A DNA stretch of 64,000 nt from Lentisphaerota bacterium (GTDB taxonomy: Bacteria; Verrucomicrobiota; Kiritimatiellia; RFP12; UBA1067). Shown here one piece after another: positions 61,243 to 64,000 of the stretch (position 1 is its first letter; each line of letters starts with the position of its first letter). The position numbers and the translations under genes are program-made. The notes beneath the pieces were generated by a model. The model did not search any database and had not been told where the DNA came from. It saw nothing but the letters and a program-made list of their open reading frames with translations. The stretch is from positions 10,652 to 74,651 of the forward strand of contig SUWC01000005.1 of NCBI GenBank assembly GCA_015061665.1, written 5' to 3'.

Positions 61243-62076
61243 TCATGCCCCCTTCCGGTGGATGCGGCGCTCCAGAAAGCTCTTGACCGTTATCGTCACG
61301 ACGGCGACGAGCGACAGTACGCTTGCCGCCGCGAACGCCGCGGTGAAACTGTATTCGTTGTAAAGGATTTCGACGTGCAGCGGAAGCGTGTTCGTCTCGC
61401 CCCTGATGTGTCCGGAGACGACGGATACCGCGCCGAACTCGCCGACGGACCTCGCAAGGCAGAGGATGACTCCGTAGAGAAGTCCCCAGCGGATGTTCGG
61501 GAGCGTGACGCGCCAGAACATCTTCCACGGGCTCGCGCCGAGCGAAAGCGCCGCCTGCTCCTCCATCGTTCCCTGCTCGCGCATCAGCGGTATCAGCTCG
61601 CGCACGACGAACGGGAACGTCACAAAGAGCGTCGCGATGATCACGCCCGCGGTCGAGAAGACAAGCCGGATGCCGCGCGCGTCGAGCCAGGGCCCGATCC
61701 ATCCGTTGCGCGGTCCGAGCAACAGGATGAAGATGAGTCCCGCGACTATCGGCGAAACCGCGAACGGCAGGTCGATGAGCGAGATGAGGAAAGTGCGGCC
61801 CTTGAAGTCGAACTTCGCAATCGCCCACGCCATCACGACGCCCATCACGGTGTTTACCGGCACGACGATCGCTGTCGTGAGCAGCGTCAGCTTCACGGCC
61901 GACAGCGTGTCCGCGTCGCGAAGCGCGTTCCACCAAGCGGCGAACCCCTTTGAAAAGGCCTCCTTGACGATGATGCCGAGCGGCAGCACGAGAATTACCG
62001 CAATCGTGAGAACGGCAAGCGTTCCGACGACGACATGGAAGGCGAATCTTGTGGAATGTCTGTCAGTACGTATCAT
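61243..62076 (-). CDS. cysW: Sulfate ABC transporter permease CysW
   Basis: The start was trimmed to MIRTDRH, whose ATGA overlaps the cysT stop. The EAA-type loop is EEQAALSLGASPWKMFWRVTLP. Confidence 0.85.
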   Translation of the reverse strand: MIRTDRHSTRFAFHVVVGTLAVLTIAVILVLPLGIIVKEAFSKGFAAWWNALRDADTLSAVKLTLLTTAIVVPVNTVMGVVMAWAIAKFDFKGRTFLISLIDLPFAVSPIVAGLIFILLLGPRNGWIGPWLDARGIRLVFSTAGVIIATLFVTFPFVVRELIPLMREQGTMEEQAALSLGASPWKMFWRVTLPNIRWGLLYGVILCLARSVGEFGAVSVVSGHIRGETNTLPLHVEILYNEYSFTAAFAAASVLSLVAVVTITVKSFLERRIHRKGA

Positions 62077-63128
62077 GAATGGTGCCTCCCGCTGAAGAAT
62101 CTGTTGATGCCGAATATTAGGAGCAGGGAAATCGTGAGCATTGCAAGCGCAATGGCCGTCGCGCCCGCATAGTCGAACTGCTCCAGCTGCGTCACGATGA
62201 GAAGCGAGGTGATCTCGGTCTTCATCGGCGCGTTGCCGGCGATGAAGATCACCGTGCCGTACTCGCCGAGTCCGCGCGCGAACGCGAGCGAGAAGCCCGT
62301 GAGCAGCGCGGGCGCGAGTGTCGGGACGATAACCCGCCGCCACGCCGTGATGCGCGAGGCTCCGAGCGACATCGCCGCGTCCTCGAGTTCCGTGCCGAGG
62401 TCGATAAGCGCCGGCTGGAGAGCGCGCACAACGAAGGGAAGTCCGATGAAAAGGAGCGCAAGCGTGATGCCGAGCGGCGTAAAGGCGATCTTTATTCCGA
62501 GCTTTGCGGCGAGCGAGCCGATCGGACCGTTAGGCGCGTACATCGTCACCATGGCGATTCCGCAGATTGCGGTCGGCATCGCGAACGGAAGGTCGATGAG
62601 CGCGTCAAGGATGCGCTTGCCGGGTATCTTTATGCGCACGAGGGCGTACGCGATGATTCCGCCGAGAAACAGGTTGACGAGCGCGGCGAGAAGCGCGGTG
62701 CCGAACGTCACGCGGAACGACGCGAGCACGCGCGGACTGAACGCCTTCTCGACGAACTTCGGGAATCCGCGAACGAGTCCGGCGCGTATGCGCTCGCCGC
62801 GCGTCACCTCCTGGAGCTCCACTTCGGCCGGCGACACTTCGGCTGCCTCTCCGTACGCGACGGCGGCGACTGTCTCCGCAGAAAGATCGGCGTCCGCAGG
62901 CGCGATCGTCTTGTCGTCCGTATCGCCCGCACGCAGATAGACGGTCTCGCCCGTCGGCGCGCCGTCGGATATCACGCGGTAGGGCATCTCCTCGAATCCG
63001 ATCGCAAGAGTGTTCACGACCAATGTGGATAGCGGCAGCAGCACAAGGATGCCGAGCCACACGACCGTAGCGGCGAAGCTCGGACCGAAGCCAGGGAGGA
63101 CGCTGTATTTCTTCCACTTTATATCCAT
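62073..63128 (-). CDS. cysT: Sulfate ABC transporter permease CysT with a ~75-aa insertion in the first periplasmic loop
   Basis: It is colinear with E. coli CysT/CysU (VLPGFG, DLPFAMPTA, LGEYGTVIFIAGN, FDY). The exception is an acidic/Ala-rich insert after TM1. Confidence 0.85.
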   Translation of the reverse strand: MDIKWKKYSVLPGFGPSFAATVVWLGILVLLPLSTLVVNTLAIGFEEMPYRVISDGAPTGETVYLRAGDTDDKTIAPADADLSAETVAAVAYGEAAEVSPAEVELQEVTRGERIRAGLVRGFPKFVEKAFSPRVLASFRVTFGTALLAALVNLFLGGIIAYALVRIKIPGKRILDALIDLPFAMPTAICGIAMVTMYAPNGPIGSLAAKLGIKIAFTPLGITLALLFIGLPFVVRALQPALIDLGTELEDAAMSLGASRITAWRRVIVPTLAPALLTGFSLAFARGLGEYGTVIFIAGNAPMKTEITSLLIVTQLEQFDYAGATAIALAMLTISLLLIFGINRFFSGRHHS

Positions 63129-63146
63129 GTGCGATCTCCTTCCGCG

Positions 63147-64000
63147 TCAAATGATGAATCCGTCGGCGGCGGGATCCGGAAGAACGTGCCGCTCGACGAG
63201 AAGGTCGATTATCTCCTCGACCTGCCCTTCTACGGTGCGGTCCGCACTTGCCTCAAAGCGAATTGCCGGAAGTTTCGAAGCGAGCCGTTCCGCGATTTCG
63301 GCGGCATGCGCGCCGGTTATCGCGACGACAGCGCCGGACGTATGGTACACCGCCCTGCGCGTCGGAGCGACGGCGGCGATGATCATTCCCGCGGCTGCGG
63401 TCTGGTTGCTGATCGGGTCGACGAGTATGAAGCGTCCCGTCGCGCGGTTGCGCTCGTAGGGGTCGAACGCGAGTGGCGTCGTAGTCTCCACGACTACCTC
63501 CGCGATGGCGTTCAGTCCGAGCTTCGCCGCCGGAAGTCGCTCGCGCGTGTTGACGTCGATCTGCGCGGTAATCTCCTTGACGTACGCCTTGCGCCATCCC
63601 GAGCCGTGGCGGAAGAGATACTCCTTGCCAGGCACGAGCTGTTCATGGTCCATCCACACGATGTTCGCGGAAAACGCCGAGGACACCTCGGGGAGTTTTC
63701 CGGTGTGGACGATGAGATCTCCGGACGAAATGTCGATCTCGTCCTCGAGCGTCAGCACGACGGACTGCGGCGGAAACGCGTAGGGGAGATCGCCGTCGGC
63801 CGTCACGATGCGCGCGACGCGGGACGTCTTGCCGGACGGAAGCACCGTGACTGCGTCGCCAGGACGGACCACGCCCGACGCCACGGTTCCCGCGAATCCG
63901 CGGAAATTTAGATCGGGACGCAGCACATACTGCACCGGAAAGCGGAAATCCTCAAGGTTGCGGCCGGAAGCGATGTCGACCGACTCAAGATGTTCCAAAA
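63147..64000 (-). CDS. cysN: Sulfate adenylyltransferase subunit 1 (GTPase subunit), C-terminal part; the 5' end lies beyond the window
   Basis: FRFPVQYVLRPDLNFRGFAGTVASGVVRPGD, DPYERNRATGRFILVD and AAGMI match CysN domains II and III. The ORF is open at the window edge. Confidence 0.8.
   Translation of the reverse strand, partial: LEHLESVDIASGRNLEDFRFPVQYVLRPDLNFRGFAGTVASGVVRPGDAVTVLPSGKTSRVARIVTADGDLPYAFPPQSVVLTLEDEIDISSGDLIVHTGKLPEVSSAFSANIVWMDHEQLVPGKEYLFRHGSGWRKAYVKEITAQIDVNTRERLPAAKLGLNAIAEVVVETTTPLAFDPYERNRATGRFILVDPISNQTAAAGMIIAAVAPTRRAVYHTSGAVVAITGAHAAEIAERLASKLPAIRFEASADRTVEGQVEEIIDLLVERHVLPDPAADGFII

Noticed and set aside
63147-63390. The ~78-aa tail after the CysN domain III motif (…AAGMI), which begins GAVVAITGAHAAEIAERL. 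I considered it as a degenerate APS kinase (CysC) remnant.
   Set aside because: E. coli CysN also has a helical tail of some tens of residues after this motif. The segment is far too short for a kinase domain and has no P-loop. The resemblance is too weak to claim.

Overview
GC-rich bacterial chromosomal segment from a diderm organism, indicated by LpxK, a Wza-type exporter, AsmA-like and LolA-like proteins. I cannot assign a taxon from sequence alone. Coding is dense: I call 58 protein genes and 4 tRNA genes (Glu-CTC, Leu-CAG, Lys-TTT, Arg-CCG, all with encoded CCA). Everything from about 39.8 kb to the window end lies on the minus strand. Most content is housekeeping: ribF, truB, fucO, lpxK, ruvB, argC, efp, purE, purA, uppS, cdsA, rsmA, trpS, serC, rplS, rpsP, topA, murJ and glgP. 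Five regions deserve a second look. (1) 8.4-15.2 kb holds a compact polysaccharide export module with a short Wza-like OPX, an unassigned secreted protein, an outer-membrane beta-barrel, a Wzy/O-antigen-ligase-like protein and a Wzc-like tyrosine kinase, but no glycosyltransferases or flippase. (2) 34.6-39.8 kb holds a translationally coupled HyfB-HyfC-HyfE-HyfF-like membrane module with no hydrogenase catalytic subunits, preceded by a secreted Cys/His-rich protein. (3) 48.7-50.5 kb holds a LolA-like plus AsmA-like pair whose second member ends in a glycine-zipper 11-residue tandem repeat (33-bp and 120-bp DNA periodicity). (4) 50.6-64.0 kb is a 15-gene co-directional cluster. It joins sulfate import and activation (cysN-T-W-A), a protein-thiocarboxylate homocysteine route (MetY, ThiS-like carrier ending GGGR, E1-like adenylyltransferase, JAMM protease), a small siroheme sulfite reductase with a TusA-like protein, and a complete siroheme pathway that includes a HemC-CobA-HemD triple fusion. 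(5) A recurrent T-tract plus TGnTATAAT extended -10 element sits in front of many genes. At six genes it lies only 6-10 nt from the ATG, implying leaderless mRNAs. I saw no CRISPR array, transposase, prophage, toxin-antitoxin or recognisable defence genes. The many long ORFs antisense to the called genes are GC-driven shadow ORFs. All functional calls rest on motif recognition by eye. No database search was run.
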